Source: Cyanidioschyzon merolae
Lineage: Eukaryota
NCBI GenBank assembly: GCA_000091205.1
Contig: AP006497.2
DNA: 64,000 bases
Strand: one strand, 5' to 3'
The position numbers were made by a program, and so were the translations under genes. This document shows positions 43,575-53,464 of this stretch, in pieces. The notes below the pieces were generated by a model that searched no databases, was not told where the DNA came from, and worked only from the letters and a program-made list of their open reading frames with translations. How positions within the stretch are numbered: the stretch's first letter is position 1; each line of letters begins with the position of its first letter.

Positions 43575-44669
43575 CTAGACATGTTCACGGCAGACTCGCG
43601 ATGATGCATTCGCAAAGGTCTCCGGATACGCTCGAGCTAGACGACACAAGACCGACGCTGCGCCAAGGTTTGCCCGTAGAAACGCTCGATCCACATCATG
43701 CTCGCCCTCGACTACACCATACAGATCTGCCTGCCAATCCTCTACGCAACGTCCTGCAAGAACCGCCTCCTCTGTGCTAATCCTTCCCTGCTGTATGTTA
43801 AGGCCGATGATTGCCGACTTGCTCAAGCATGCTATAGAATGAAGCGCGACTAAGGACCATAGGTCAAGTTGATCAAGATACTCTTGCATCCTTTGTAAAG
43901 CGAAATCACTTTGAATACCCGCAGTCACGAGCTCCGCGGTGACCTTAATCGGAACGCCGAGCACCTGCGAAGCGTTCTCACGTAAAGGACGCCATAGCCG
44001 TTCCTGTCTCGCGAGCAAACTTGCATGAGCGTGTTCCAGAAAACAAAGTGAATCGGCGCCAAAATGCTCCAAAATCTCTCGTACGTACAGGGCTCGGCAA
44101 GAGTCATCCACAGACAGACTCTTTGCCAGCAGCCGTGTCAGCGGCATTAATGCGGGACGTAAACGCTCGGACTGCCGATCCCATTCATAGAGCAGTGCAA
44201 GGGCCAATGGGAGCGTTGGAGCCAATAACGGCTGTTGTGGACTCAAGCATAAGGTTTTGCCGTCCACCTTCAGGCAGTATACGTGCTCCGCAGGTCTTCC
44301 GATTTCTGATGAAATCAACGCAGCAACTTCAACTTTCTTCCAAAAACGCGGCGGTCCCACTCCTGACCAGTTCGTTCGCAGCGTCCGCTCAACGTTGAGC
44401 CCGCGGGTATCCGAAGCAATCTGCTGGAGCAGTTGAGGGCGCTGCTCCTGTCCAGTTTGCTGCTTAACAGAGTCGTGCACATTTTTCGTTGAAAAGCTGA
44501 TCGCTGGCGTGTACACAGACAAGGTCGCGCGAGCGCTACCGGTTTTTGTGCAACTTGTGTGGCTCGAAAGGAGCCAATCGTCGCCAAGACGTGTTCCTAG
44601 CAAACAGTGGAACCTAACGGGCACCACGTGCTGTTTCAGCCCTTTCAGACAGCCCCGAATACGATTCAT
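43575..44669 (-). CDS. ATP12: ATP synthase mitochondrial F1 complex assembly factor 2 (ATP12/ATPAF2)
   Basis: Matches the ATP12 pattern: PPRFWKKVEVAALISSEIG..YCLKVDGKTLCLSPQQPLLAPTLPLALALLYEWDRQSERLRPALMPLTRLLAKSLSVDD (KRFYK..V.LDGR.LKTP..L.VP...LA.AIA.EW..Q...I.P..MPLT.L). ATG start. Confidence 0.75.
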   Translation of the reverse strand: MNRIRGCLKGLKQHVVPVRFHCLLGTRLGDDWLLSSHTSCTKTGSARATLSVYTPAISFSTKNVHDSVKQQTGQEQRPQLLQQIASDTRGLNVERTLRTNWSGVGPPRFWKKVEVAALISSEIGRPAEHVYCLKVDGKTLCLSPQQPLLAPTLPLALALLYEWDRQSERLRPALMPLTRLLAKSLSVDDSCRALYVREILEHFGADSLCFLEHAHASLLARQERLWRPLRENASQVLGVPIKVTAELVTAGIQSDFALQRMQEYLDQLDLWSLVALHSIACLSKSAIIGLNIQQGRISTEEAVLAGRCVEDWQADLYGVVEGEHDVDRAFLRANLGAASVLCRLARAYPETFANASSRVCREHV

Positions 44670-44918
44670 AGCTGCTGCACGCTCCCTGGGTGCTCCTTTT
44701 TAGAGCATCTCTCCAACGGGAAGCGTCCAACGCTGCATACAGTCGTTTCTAGCACGTCTGCACAACTGGCTGCGTTCCAGCGAATGGCCACTCGGCCGGG
44801 GCAGGGGTCCCGAGCTCTGCCAGCACCAGGTTTTGCCACTCGTGAGAATGTTTGCGCATATAGTTCCGGTGGACCAGAAGCACGCCTTGGAGTTCACTTT
44901 GTAGAGTCTGTTAAATAA

Positions 44919-45686
44919 ATGCCGCAAGAAATGCTTGTCCGTTATCGCAGCGGGAAAGAGACGTTCGAGGTGGCAACGCACCCGGGAGCCGTGACCAAGT
45001 ATCGCGAGGGCACGCTCAAGTCTCTCGATGAAGTTCTGGTAAGTGATGTGGTTTTCACGGACTATCACAAGAGACTGCGTGCCTCTGAGCTTGAGCTAAA
45101 GTCAGTTTTTGGTGAAAACTATAATAAGGAAGAGGTTCTTGATAAAATCCTAAGAAAAGGCGACTTTCAGCTGTCTGCCGCAGAGCGGCGTCAGAAGCTC
45201 GAGCAGAAACGCAACGAGATTATCGAGTACGTTCACAAAAACTTTGTGGATCCGAAGACCCATCTGCCAATCCCAAGAATGAGGATTGAGCAGGCACTAG
45301 AGACCGTGCGTCCGAGAATAGATATGGATCAAAGCGCTGACCGACAAGTAGCTCTGATGATGAGCAAGCTCAGCGCTTGTATGCCAATGAAGAAACATCA
45401 AGTAGAAGGGACATTACGTGTGCCGCACGGTGTACTAGGAGCCTCCAACGCAGTTATTCGATCGTACTGCACGGTTGCCCGGGAGCATTACACGAGTGAA
45501 GGCGCTGTTCTCGAAATCATGATATCCCCGGGCGATTACGATGCATTCATCAAGGCCCTGAACAATGCTTCTAAGGGCAATTTTCATTTGGATATTGCTG
45601 GCGCGGCAGCTAGCGCTGCGGCTAGCACTGAGGAGAAGCCTGGGAAGAAAACGAAACCGAAAGGCACCAAGGGTCGGCACGGATGA
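44919..45686 (+). CDS. SBDS: Ribosome maturation protein SBDS/Sdo1
   Basis: 255 aa, close to the size of human SBDS (250 aa). Collinear with SBDS in the FYSH domain (TFEVATHPGAVTKYREGTLKSLDEVLVSDVVF, against [32 protein letters not shown]). Also collinear in the central domain (DPKTHLPIPRMRIEQALET against NPETKRPYTVILIERAMKD) and in the C-terminal domain. ATG start verified. Confidence 0.85.
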   Translation: MPQEMLVRYRSGKETFEVATHPGAVTKYREGTLKSLDEVLVSDVVFTDYHKRLRASELELKSVFGENYNKEEVLDKILRKGDFQLSAAERRQKLEQKRNEIIEYVHKNFVDPKTHLPIPRMRIEQALETVRPRIDMDQSADRQVALMMSKLSACMPMKKHQVEGTLRVPHGVLGASNAVIRSYCTVAREHYTSEGAVLEIMISPGDYDAFIKALNNASKGNFHLDIAGAAASAAASTEEKPGKKTKPKGTKGRHG

Positions 45687-46266
45687 CCAGCATACGTAAG
45701 ACGTGTTGCACCCACGAGTCTGGCGCGCACTGGGCACGAGACCTCCAGTTAGGTGCTGCGAAGCCATACACCGCGTCCGCTGGAGCCGCCTATGCTCCAC
45801 AGGGGATGCAATTCGGAACCCCAGCATATGTACGCAATGGAGCGAGCGAAAGCATCAAGAACAGTGCACGTGATGCGCAGCAGAATACCTGGGATTTTAT
45901 CGGAATGTGTCTTCGTGCAATGATAGAAGCTCTCGAGTCCTCTGTACGGTGCCGTGGGACTTGGTTTCATGGTACGCCGCTCTGCACGGATAAATGCTGC
46001 CTAATCCATCGAGAGATTCGCGATGCTCTGCCTGGAAACAGGATGGTGATGCGTTTTGTATTGATCTTTGGGACGGGCCTCTAGCGCATTCAGGACACGC
46101 TGCTTTTCACGGCAGTCAAGGGCAAGATTGCTGGGCTGGGCTGCTCTGGGCTGAGCTCGGCTGTCTCACGCTGCACTAACTTTGAGCAATATCGGAATCG
46201 CGAACAATTCGAACGTGTCCTGGGGCCTAACTTGAAAAAAATGCAACATGTCCCGAGCACCGCGTC

Positions 46267-47316
46267 CTATGCAGAGGCCGTTGGTTTTTCTTGTGCGGCA
46301 CCATTTTGGTGAAATATCGAAGGTATCGATATCCAAGCTCGGTGGTGAGCCTGCATTTCCCGCGCGACAGTGAATGCCTCTGTCGGTGATGGTCGACGTA
46401 GACGCAACGTCACCGCTGGGGACAGATTCTCGTGCATGTGCGTCCTCAGCAGAGCGTCACGTATAAGGGTGCGGGGTGCACGATACCATCGAGCGAGCGC
46501 ATCCACTGGGACGCCCAGTGCGAACCCCAGCAGGATACACTGATTAAGGAGCACTGTGTTGAGGACACCGAGCTTTTGGTAACGGCGAGCGCTGGTCTGT
46601 ACATGCTCGGGTGCTATGCGGCATGCATTGCCCCAGCCGAAGCGTCGAAGCGCTCGATGTCCCAGTGCAACGTCGTCAAGAAGTGGCCAGTCGGCGGGGA
46701 ACCCCTCGAGATCCTGAAATGTCTGCTTCCTGAGAAAAATACCCTGATCACCATAGGGCGCTCGGAAAAGACGTGAACGCAAGTTCGCGCCCCAGGCTAC
46801 CAAGCGCAGTACCCAGGAACTCTCTGTAAACTCCAGCGAGAAGGCGCCGAGTGCCGGATGACGCATCCTCGCCTTAGACTCGCCACTGGTGTTGGTCTGA
46901 ATCAAACCGAGCGTCCGGGCAATAACCTGTGGATATTGGAACGGCAGCGTGGTATCCGCGTGCAGAAAGAGCAGGATATCGCCCTGTGCTAGTCGTGCAC
47001 CCCAGTTCTGCTGGTTTGCGCGACACGTGCGCTGTGTGCTTGGAAGATGAACGATTCGGAAGTTCTTGTAGGCCGAGCGCTGAGCCAATCGCTTCGCCCT
47101 CGAGCAAGTGTCATCTACCGAGCCGCCGTCTACGAGCAAGACCTCGTGCAACACGAGGCTCTGCTCGCAGCTCGGACGCAGCGACTCGACTGCTGCTCTC
47201 TGCCGTACGGCCCTATCATAAACACTCTCAATGGCTCTAGCAATGACTTGAGCTTCGTTCAAGGCGGGGATGATCACGGAGAGGCGGAGCGGCTGGTACG
47301 TTGGCGACTGCGACAT
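46267..47316 (-). CDS. Family-2 glycosyltransferase (bacterial-type GT2, TIGR04283-like)
   Basis: GT2 motifs LSVIIPALNEA, LLVDGGSVDDT and FLHADTTLP, plus the downstream PYGDQGIFLRKQTFQDLEGFP block. The track start 47589 is GTG; the first ATG is at 47316, immediately before the GT2 domain (MSQSPTYQPLRLSVIIP..). Confidence 0.75.
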   Translation of the reverse strand: MSQSPTYQPLRLSVIIPALNEAQVIARAIESVYDRAVRQRAAVESLRPSCEQSLVLHEVLLVDGGSVDDTCSRAKRLAQRSAYKNFRIVHLPSTQRTCRANQQNWGARLAQGDILLFLHADTTLPFQYPQVIARTLGLIQTNTSGESKARMRHPALGAFSLEFTESSWVLRLVAWGANLRSRLFRAPYGDQGIFLRKQTFQDLEGFPADWPLLDDVALGHRALRRFGWGNACRIAPEHVQTSARRYQKLGVLNTVLLNQCILLGFALGVPVDALARWYRAPRTLIRDALLRTHMHENLSPAVTLRLRRPSPTEAFTVAREMQAHHRAWISIPSIFHQNGAAQEKPTASA

Positions 47317-47451
47317 CCTCGAGTGCCCAGCTGAGCAAGGCGTAGGTTGCCGCCCCGTGCGCTGCCCACTGGATGGGTCTCGTCGCTGCACAGACGCTGA
47401 GTGCCGGTGCGGACGGCACTGTTTCGGGTACCTGTGACCGTTCGAGTCAGG

Positions 47452-48477
47452 ATGAATAACCAGTGCGCTTATGTCTGCTTCATGAACAGCGCCTTTCGAC
47501 GAACGAGCGCGTCGAACTCGACGGGCTTTGCTTTGATGCTCGCGGGACGTCTCCGGTGTTGGAGTGCGCACCGACCTCGCACGCTTCACCAGGTTGCACT
47601 GCGGACGAGTCGGTTATGCGGAGCGGGTAGAGCTCCAGCGTACGGCGAGTCTGTTCGAAACCGACTGCGAACGCTGCGTTGTCGGAGTCACGCAAACTTG
47701 GCAGTACCGTCGTTGCGAGCGTATCGGAACACGTTATTCGTACCGGCGCTAGTTGCCGAGGACGGCTGTCTCGCAAGCGTCGAGGAGCAACTAGGCAGCT
47801 GCTTGTCGCAGCTAGACGAATGGTTACGCACTTATCAGGACTATGAAGTGGCCACCCTTCGGATCAACGTCGCCCCGAACCACGACACGCAGCTGCTCCA
47901 GCGCCTTGAGCGTGCCTGGGCAGAAAAGCAGCTCCAATCGCCAGCGGTAACGTGGCTCGAAGCGCGGCCTCTAGTTCCCGCTCGAGACGTGCTTATAGAG
48001 GCCGTGCTGGGGCTGCGGGAGCCGGCTGCAGAGCACTCGCTCCAGACTGTGGCAACCGAGCAGGCGGCCCAGGCGGTGGGCCCCTACGTCCAAGCTGTGC
48101 GGTTCCCGCGTGCCGCTACGCTCTATGTGAGTGGCTGTATTGGACTGCGTCCACCGCCGGCAAACGATCTCGCGGGTCCCGATGTCGAAAGCCAGACCAA
48201 ACAGGCGCTAGCCAATATGAAAGCAATCCTCCGGGCAGGAGGCAGTGATGTTGTCAACATTCTGAAAGTGATGATCCTGCTAGAGGATTTGAGCGACTTT
48301 GCCGTTGTGAATCGGCTGTACGAGGACTGGCTGCGGCAAGGTGGATGCCATGGTAGTCGTCTTCCAGCCCGAAGCACATTTGCGGTGAAGGCGCTGCCCA
48401 AGGGCGCAAAAGTTGAAATTGAGTGCATCGCAGCGATCCAGTCGATGGGATCAGAGATCTCTCCATCGAGCTGCTGA
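47452..48477 (+). CDS. RidA/YjgF/TdcF-family (reactive intermediate deaminase) protein with N-terminal extension
   Basis: The C-terminal ~130 aa form a canonical RidA domain (AAQAVGPYVQAVRFPRAATLYVSGCIGLRPP..QTKQALANMKAILRAGGSDVVNILKVMILLEDLSDFAVVNRLYEDWL..PARSTFAVKALPKGAKVEIECIA). Upstream is a degenerate second RidA-like half and an Arg/Ser-rich presequence-like N-terminus. The track start 47401 is GTG; the first ATG is at 47452. Confidence 0.75.
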   Translation: MNNQCAYVCFMNSAFRRTSASNSTGFALMLAGRLRCWSAHRPRTLHQVALRTSRLCGAGRAPAYGESVRNRLRTLRCRSHANLAVPSLRAYRNTLFVPALVAEDGCLASVEEQLGSCLSQLDEWLRTYQDYEVATLRINVAPNHDTQLLQRLERAWAEKQLQSPAVTWLEARPLVPARDVLIEAVLGLREPAAEHSLQTVATEQAAQAVGPYVQAVRFPRAATLYVSGCIGLRPPPANDLAGPDVESQTKQALANMKAILRAGGSDVVNILKVMILLEDLSDFAVVNRLYEDWLRQGGCHGSRLPARSTFAVKALPKGAKVEIECIAAIQSMGSEISPSSC

Positions 48478-49884
48478 ATGAAGGGGCAGCGATCGATGCG
48501 AAAAGTCGGTTACGGATGTCATGCTGGATCCTCTGAGGCGTTTGTTTCGAATAGATCGCCAAAGAGACTCGGTTTTAGAAAATGGCCTGCACGGTGACCT
48601 CGGGAACGTTTTCTCGAATAGGTGACGACCCAGGTTTCCTGGTGCCCAAATAGGAGTTTGGATCGAGCTTACGATCCATAGCAGGTATCAGCGCACAGCA
48701 GGAGGCACATTCCGCAAAGCAGTCTAGTAAAATGCTTTATGAGCGTTGAACCTGAACGGGGTTGCTTTCACGAGTACTTGGTTCGTTGCCGGAACAGAGC
48801 GGGCGACAGAAAGCAGGCGGATTCCAGGCGTGTGATTTTCGGTAATGCGCCGCCGCTCGGCACTTGAGCGCTGCGCGCTTGGATGTTCGCGCTTTGCCGC
48901 AAACGAGCACATGTATGGATATCCCGGAGCTTCTGAGATCCTATTCGAGAAACATCCAGTACTTTGAGTCAGACCCTGTCCAGTGGATGAGATCAAGCTC
49001 TGAGAACCGCTCGCAGAACGGCACGTGCGACTCGTGCAGCCGCGTGAACGTCTCGAGGAGAGCCCTCGCGTACTTCATGGCTCATTCCAGGCTCATATAT
49101 CCGATCAAATTCGTGAATGCTGGACATCGGGATCCAATCAATGGTGCTGCACGATGTTCATCATCTATCGTGTCCAGATCAGAATGCATCCTGTATGCGG
49201 AACTGCGTCATTGGATAAGTGCCGACGTCAGCTGGCGGCCTACTCGGATGCTCGATGCACATGATAGCCGCTCTGGTGTGTTTCGATTGTGAATACAAGA
49301 ACGCTTCGCAGTGGCTGTGGTGTGCAACTCCAGGCACCATGCGCTCAAGCTGCCCTTGTGTACGACGTGTGTCCAATCTAGCGCTCCGTCAGGCACGTGC
49401 AACTCCGAGGGTGAACAAAGCAGGCGCGAAGGCAAAGACAAGGGGACTGCTGCATCGAGCAGCCGAGGCTTTACCAAACACGCACACTCATGCAACGTTT
49501 GAGGACGCTCGCGAACAATAGGCCTCTATCAAAGTTAACAACCGGAACAGCTCATTGCTGGTCTCCGCAGTGTACCAGCGACAGGTTCGAGCACCGGCAC
49601 CCGATACGGGTCTCACTGATCCATGGTGTCGATGCAGAGCGCTGGGCCTCGCTTCCAAGCACGTGCCGCAAGCGAGACGTACAGGGAACCCCAGCGGAAC
49701 CCGCGTCGCCACGAGGGGACAACCAGTCTAAGCTTCTTCTCTTGTGTAGCGAGATTACAAGTCCCGAAGCTCTTCCAGGATAACTGCGAAGCTAAAATGC
49801 CTCCAGTTTTCCAACCCGGGTGCAAACCTTGTCACACAGCGTAACCGATGAAGCTACACGGCATACACCTTAGCGTCACACGTT

Positions 49885-50874
49885 ATGCCTTCGAAACCCG
49901 AAGCGTATACCTTCCGTTACCGTCCAGAGAGGAATCGTCACGTTGACTCCAACACCGGAGAGAATGCGCTTGCTGGAAGTCGCCGTCGGCGGCGGCGGCG
50001 TCTCCAGATCAACAGCGTCGAATTATGGAAAAGTTCTCGTTGCACCGCAAAGCTCACAGGTATGCTTCGTTCCGTGAGTTACGGTACTCTACGCCAAACA
50101 GTGCGACGTTTTCGAGGAAACTTTCTGAGGCGTTGCTCTAGTGCGCCTGAGTCCAAACCGGGACGTCCCTCGGAGCCAACGCATACGACAACAGGCAGTT
50201 CGTGGCGCCAGGGTCCGGTAACCTGGCGCTCGTTGGCCATTACGACGGGTGTGGGTGCCGGCATCGGGTTCCTTTACTGGCAACAGAAAGAGCGAAAAGC
50301 GAAGGAACTGGAGCGGAGTGTTACTGCTCAGGTTAGTAGTGGGAAGCCAGCCATCGGCGGGCCCTTCCAGCTGGTCGACGCTCGCACTCGACAGACGGTA
50401 ACGGACGCTGACTTTCGGGGCCGTCTACCACTGTTCTATTTCGGGTTCACGCACTGTCCTGACGTGTGTCCGGATGAGTTGACAAAAATCAGTAAAGCGC
50501 TCGCGCTGTTGGATCAGCGTCTCGGACACGACCGTGTTTCGGCGACAATAGCACCGGTGTTCATCTCAGTGGACCCCGAACGAGACACACCTGACGTTGT
50601 GAACGAATTTCTTCGTAACGAGGAGTTTGATGAGCGCTTCGTCGGCCTGACCGGGAGCGTTGAGCAGTGCGCCGCAGCAGCCCGGGCGTTTCACGTCTAT
50701 TACATGAAGACCGACGAAAGCGAGGAGGATTACCTCGTGGACCATAGCATCATAACGTACCTAATGGGTCCCGATGGTGACTTGCTCGACTATTTCGGGA
50801 AGAATATCAGTGCAGAGGAAATGGCGCAGCGAATCGAAGGCCATTGGAAGCGAATGCGTCTGAGCCTGGCCTAG
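49885..50874 (+). CDS. SCO1: SCO1/SenC cytochrome c oxidase copper chaperone
   Basis: Thioredoxin-fold SCO signature: GGPFQLVDARTRQTVTDADFRGRLPLFYFGFTHCPDVCPDEL (CxxxC) with the conserved His in DHSIITYLMGPDG. The N-terminal basic presequence and TM segment suggest a mitochondrial location. ATG start. Confidence 0.9.
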   Translation: MPSKPEAYTFRYRPERNRHVDSNTGENALAGSRRRRRRRLQINSVELWKSSRCTAKLTGMLRSVSYGTLRQTVRRFRGNFLRRCSSAPESKPGRPSEPTHTTTGSSWRQGPVTWRSLAITTGVGAGIGFLYWQQKERKAKELERSVTAQVSSGKPAIGGPFQLVDARTRQTVTDADFRGRLPLFYFGFTHCPDVCPDELTKISKALALLDQRLGHDRVSATIAPVFISVDPERDTPDVVNEFLRNEEFDERFVGLTGSVEQCAAAARAFHVYYMKTDESEEDYLVDHSIITYLMGPDGDLLDYFGKNISAEEMAQRIEGHWKRMRLSLA

Positions 50875-50984
50875 AGACCATTCAACAGGACTGGAATAGT
50901 CGAGTCTGTGCAGCCGCTCTATTCCGGAGATGTTAGCACCGAAACCAAAGCGCAGACACGTTCAAAGATGGTGCTCCGTCTCTC

Positions 50985-51010
50985 TCTGCTGCTGCTGCTG
51001 CTGCTGCATT
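50985..51010. repeat. (CTG)n trinucleotide run
   Basis: ctgctgctgctgctgctgctgc, downstream of SCO1. Confidence 0.85.
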
Positions 51011-52156
51011 CATCTCGAGGACCGCTCGAGGGAAGCGGGATCGATCCAACTGGCGTGTTGGATTGGTGCAGCAGTGCGTATAGCGTACGCGTTATGGAAT
51101 CGGCATGGATTCAGACTGACACAGTGACTGACCGACACGCACTGATATACAAGCACGTACGTACGAATGCACACATAGGGGCCATCCGGTTGTCTTCGAA
51201 CGGGTCCATAGCAGTCGTCTCATGATAGATAGTCAAAGCAACTGCGCAACAGATGCATGTCCACGTCAACTTAATACGCTGTTGCGCTTCCAGACAGCTT
51301 TTAGTTGAAGAAGCAGGCATCCACATGGGGGTATCGCTTTCTTGAGTAGAATTCGTTTCATTCCTAGGATGCGGAGTGTGCTGAAACGGAACTGTTCGGA
51401 AAGGGTACAAAAATTGCACTGTACAGAGGCAATTGGGCCGGCAAGGAATCCAAGCGATTTGCACAGCACTTGTTCCAAGGCGCTCTCTCCCATATAGCCA
51501 GCATATGGTCTATACAAACAATTATCAGTCTGGAGCATCCTTCAGCCTCGGCGATTTCGTTGGAAACGAAGGATGCGCGGTCCATGATCCGTGCGTGGCG
51601 AATGTCAAGTTGCGGACTTGCCGACGAACTTGGACGCTGGCGGTAAATGGCATTAGTGCCGCCAAAGCGGCGCTTGCTCCAACTGAACCAGCCTTGGTTT
51701 TTTAAAGGATATTTCTCTTGTCCACAATCCATGTTTATCCAAAGATGTGGTACTACAAGTCCATCTGAGAGGAATCTGGTTGACGCCGGCGTCGACGCTT
51801 CCTGGCTCGACTTCTCCGAACTGCGGAGCACGCAACAGTCAAAGCTGATCCGGGGTCAACATGGCTCTGTCGATGACCGCCTAGCGAAGGTCTCAAAGGC
51901 TTCAACAGAGCGGCACGCGAGGCAAGTGGTTCGGGCGGCGACCATCTGCTGCGGCCGTCCAAGGCAGCGAATCGTAGGAAAGTGTCGTCCATAGATTGCA
52001 AATCCTTCAGATCGCCGTGCTTCTACAAGGAACTGCTGGCGAATCGCAGCTGCGGGCGCTGCCTCTGACCGCATGTCGCTCTACTGCGTGTCCACAAAAC
52101 AACGTCTCTCCATCTCAATCCGAAAACAAGCCACTACTCTGGATGTTCTCCGGTGG

Positions 52157-53446
52157 CTAGCCACGCATTGCCATGGAGCCTTGGTAAATTTTCAAAAGGT
52201 CCTCAACATCCCTGGGGCTTCCGCAAATGAACGGCTCTCGCTGATGGACATCTCGCGGAACAATATCCAGAATTCTTTGCTTTCCCGTGGTCGCTATACC
52301 GCCGGCCTGCTCCATGAGATACGCCATAGGTGCGCACTCGTACAGAAGACGCAACTTGCCGTTCGGGTTCTTCTTATCACCAGGGTATCCAAAAACGCCG
52401 CCGTAAATCAGCGTGCGATGGACATCGCCAACGAGAGATCCTATGTAGCGCGAAGAATAGCCCTTTTTCTTCATCGATCGAATATATTCTTGAAGAACAG
52501 GGTCCCAGTTATCCGAGTTTGCCTCGTTGAAGGAGTAGATCTTGCCACGCTCCGGAACACGAACATCTGGGTGCGTCAAAACAAACTCGCCAATCGCTGG
52601 GTCCAGAGAAAAACCCTGCACTCCGTGACCAATAGACAGCATGAAAATCACCGATGAGGAGTAGAGAATGTAGCCCGCTGCCACCAGATTCGCACCCGGT
52701 TGCAGCGTCTGCACGAGGCACTGCATTTGTCGCTGACTTATATCCGCGTCCTCGGGTCCCGTCAGACAGTGCTCGCCGCTGCGCATTACACCAAAAATCG
52801 TACCCGTGGCGATCGCTGCATCCAAATTCGAGGATCCGTCCAACGGGTCAAACGCAGCAATAAAGTCACCTGTATACGCCTCTTCCATGAGCGACACTGG
52901 CTCGTTTTCCTCTTCCGAAGCCAAGACACCTAGTTTCCCTGTTGAGCGTAGCGCGTTCTTGAGCACCTCGTTCGTCAACACGTCCAGCTTTTTCTGCTCC
53001 TCGCCCTGCACGTTGACCGAGCCCTGAAGGCCAGTCAAGTTGCTCACGCCCGCTCGGGCGACCAGTGAGGCAATCTGCTTGCCAGCTGTCGCTGTGGCTG
53101 TTATCAAAGGAGCCAAATCAGCGGTCTCTGGATGCTGCCTCTCCTGTTGGAGAACCCACTGTCCGAGTGTCATGGGTAGGTCTAAAGCTGCGCGCAGTCT
53201 CACTGCACCAAAGCGACGTTGATGCCTTGTTTCCAGCGGCAAGACCGACACCGATACCCTTCCCCATATGTTTGTTGAGCGCAGCTTAGGAGCCCCAAGG
53301 CTAACGAAAGCGTGCGGTGCTTGCTTCGCCATGAATATCGTTGCTGGCTCCTTGAGGTCAGCAAGGAGATGAGTGCTGCAAACGTCGGGCGTCGCAGCGG
53401 CGGGCACGGCCGCAATCGTCGACGGCGGCTCGATCGGCTGCCGCAT
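52157..53446 (-). CDS. FBP: Fructose-1,6-bisphosphatase, plastid-type with redox-regulatory Cys insertion
   Basis: FBPase blocks are present (..LTGLQGSVNVQGEEQKKLDVLTNEV.., ..GKLRLLYECAPMAYLMEQAGG..). The insertion EHCLTGPEDADISQRQMQCLVQTLQPGANL sits where chloroplast FBPases carry their thioredoxin-regulated Cys loop. An ~90-aa Ser/Ala/Arg-rich N-terminal extension is consistent with a transit peptide. The ATG at 53446 was verified; an alternative start (MAKQAPHAF..) is possible. Confidence 0.9.
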   Translation of the reverse strand: MRQPIEPPSTIAAVPAAATPDVCSTHLLADLKEPATIFMAKQAPHAFVSLGAPKLRSTNIWGRVSVSVLPLETRHQRRFGAVRLRAALDLPMTLGQWVLQQERQHPETADLAPLITATATAGKQIASLVARAGVSNLTGLQGSVNVQGEEQKKLDVLTNEVLKNALRSTGKLGVLASEEENEPVSLMEEAYTGDFIAAFDPLDGSSNLDAAIATGTIFGVMRSGEHCLTGPEDADISQRQMQCLVQTLQPGANLVAAGYILYSSSVIFMLSIGHGVQGFSLDPAIGEFVLTHPDVRVPERGKIYSFNEANSDNWDPVLQEYIRSMKKKGYSSRYIGSLVGDVHRTLIYGGVFGYPGDKKNPNGKLRLLYECAPMAYLMEQAGGIATTGKQRILDIVPRDVHQREPFICGSPRDVEDLLKIYQGSMAMRG

Positions 53447-53464
53447 CTGCGATTCGCCCCGTGC

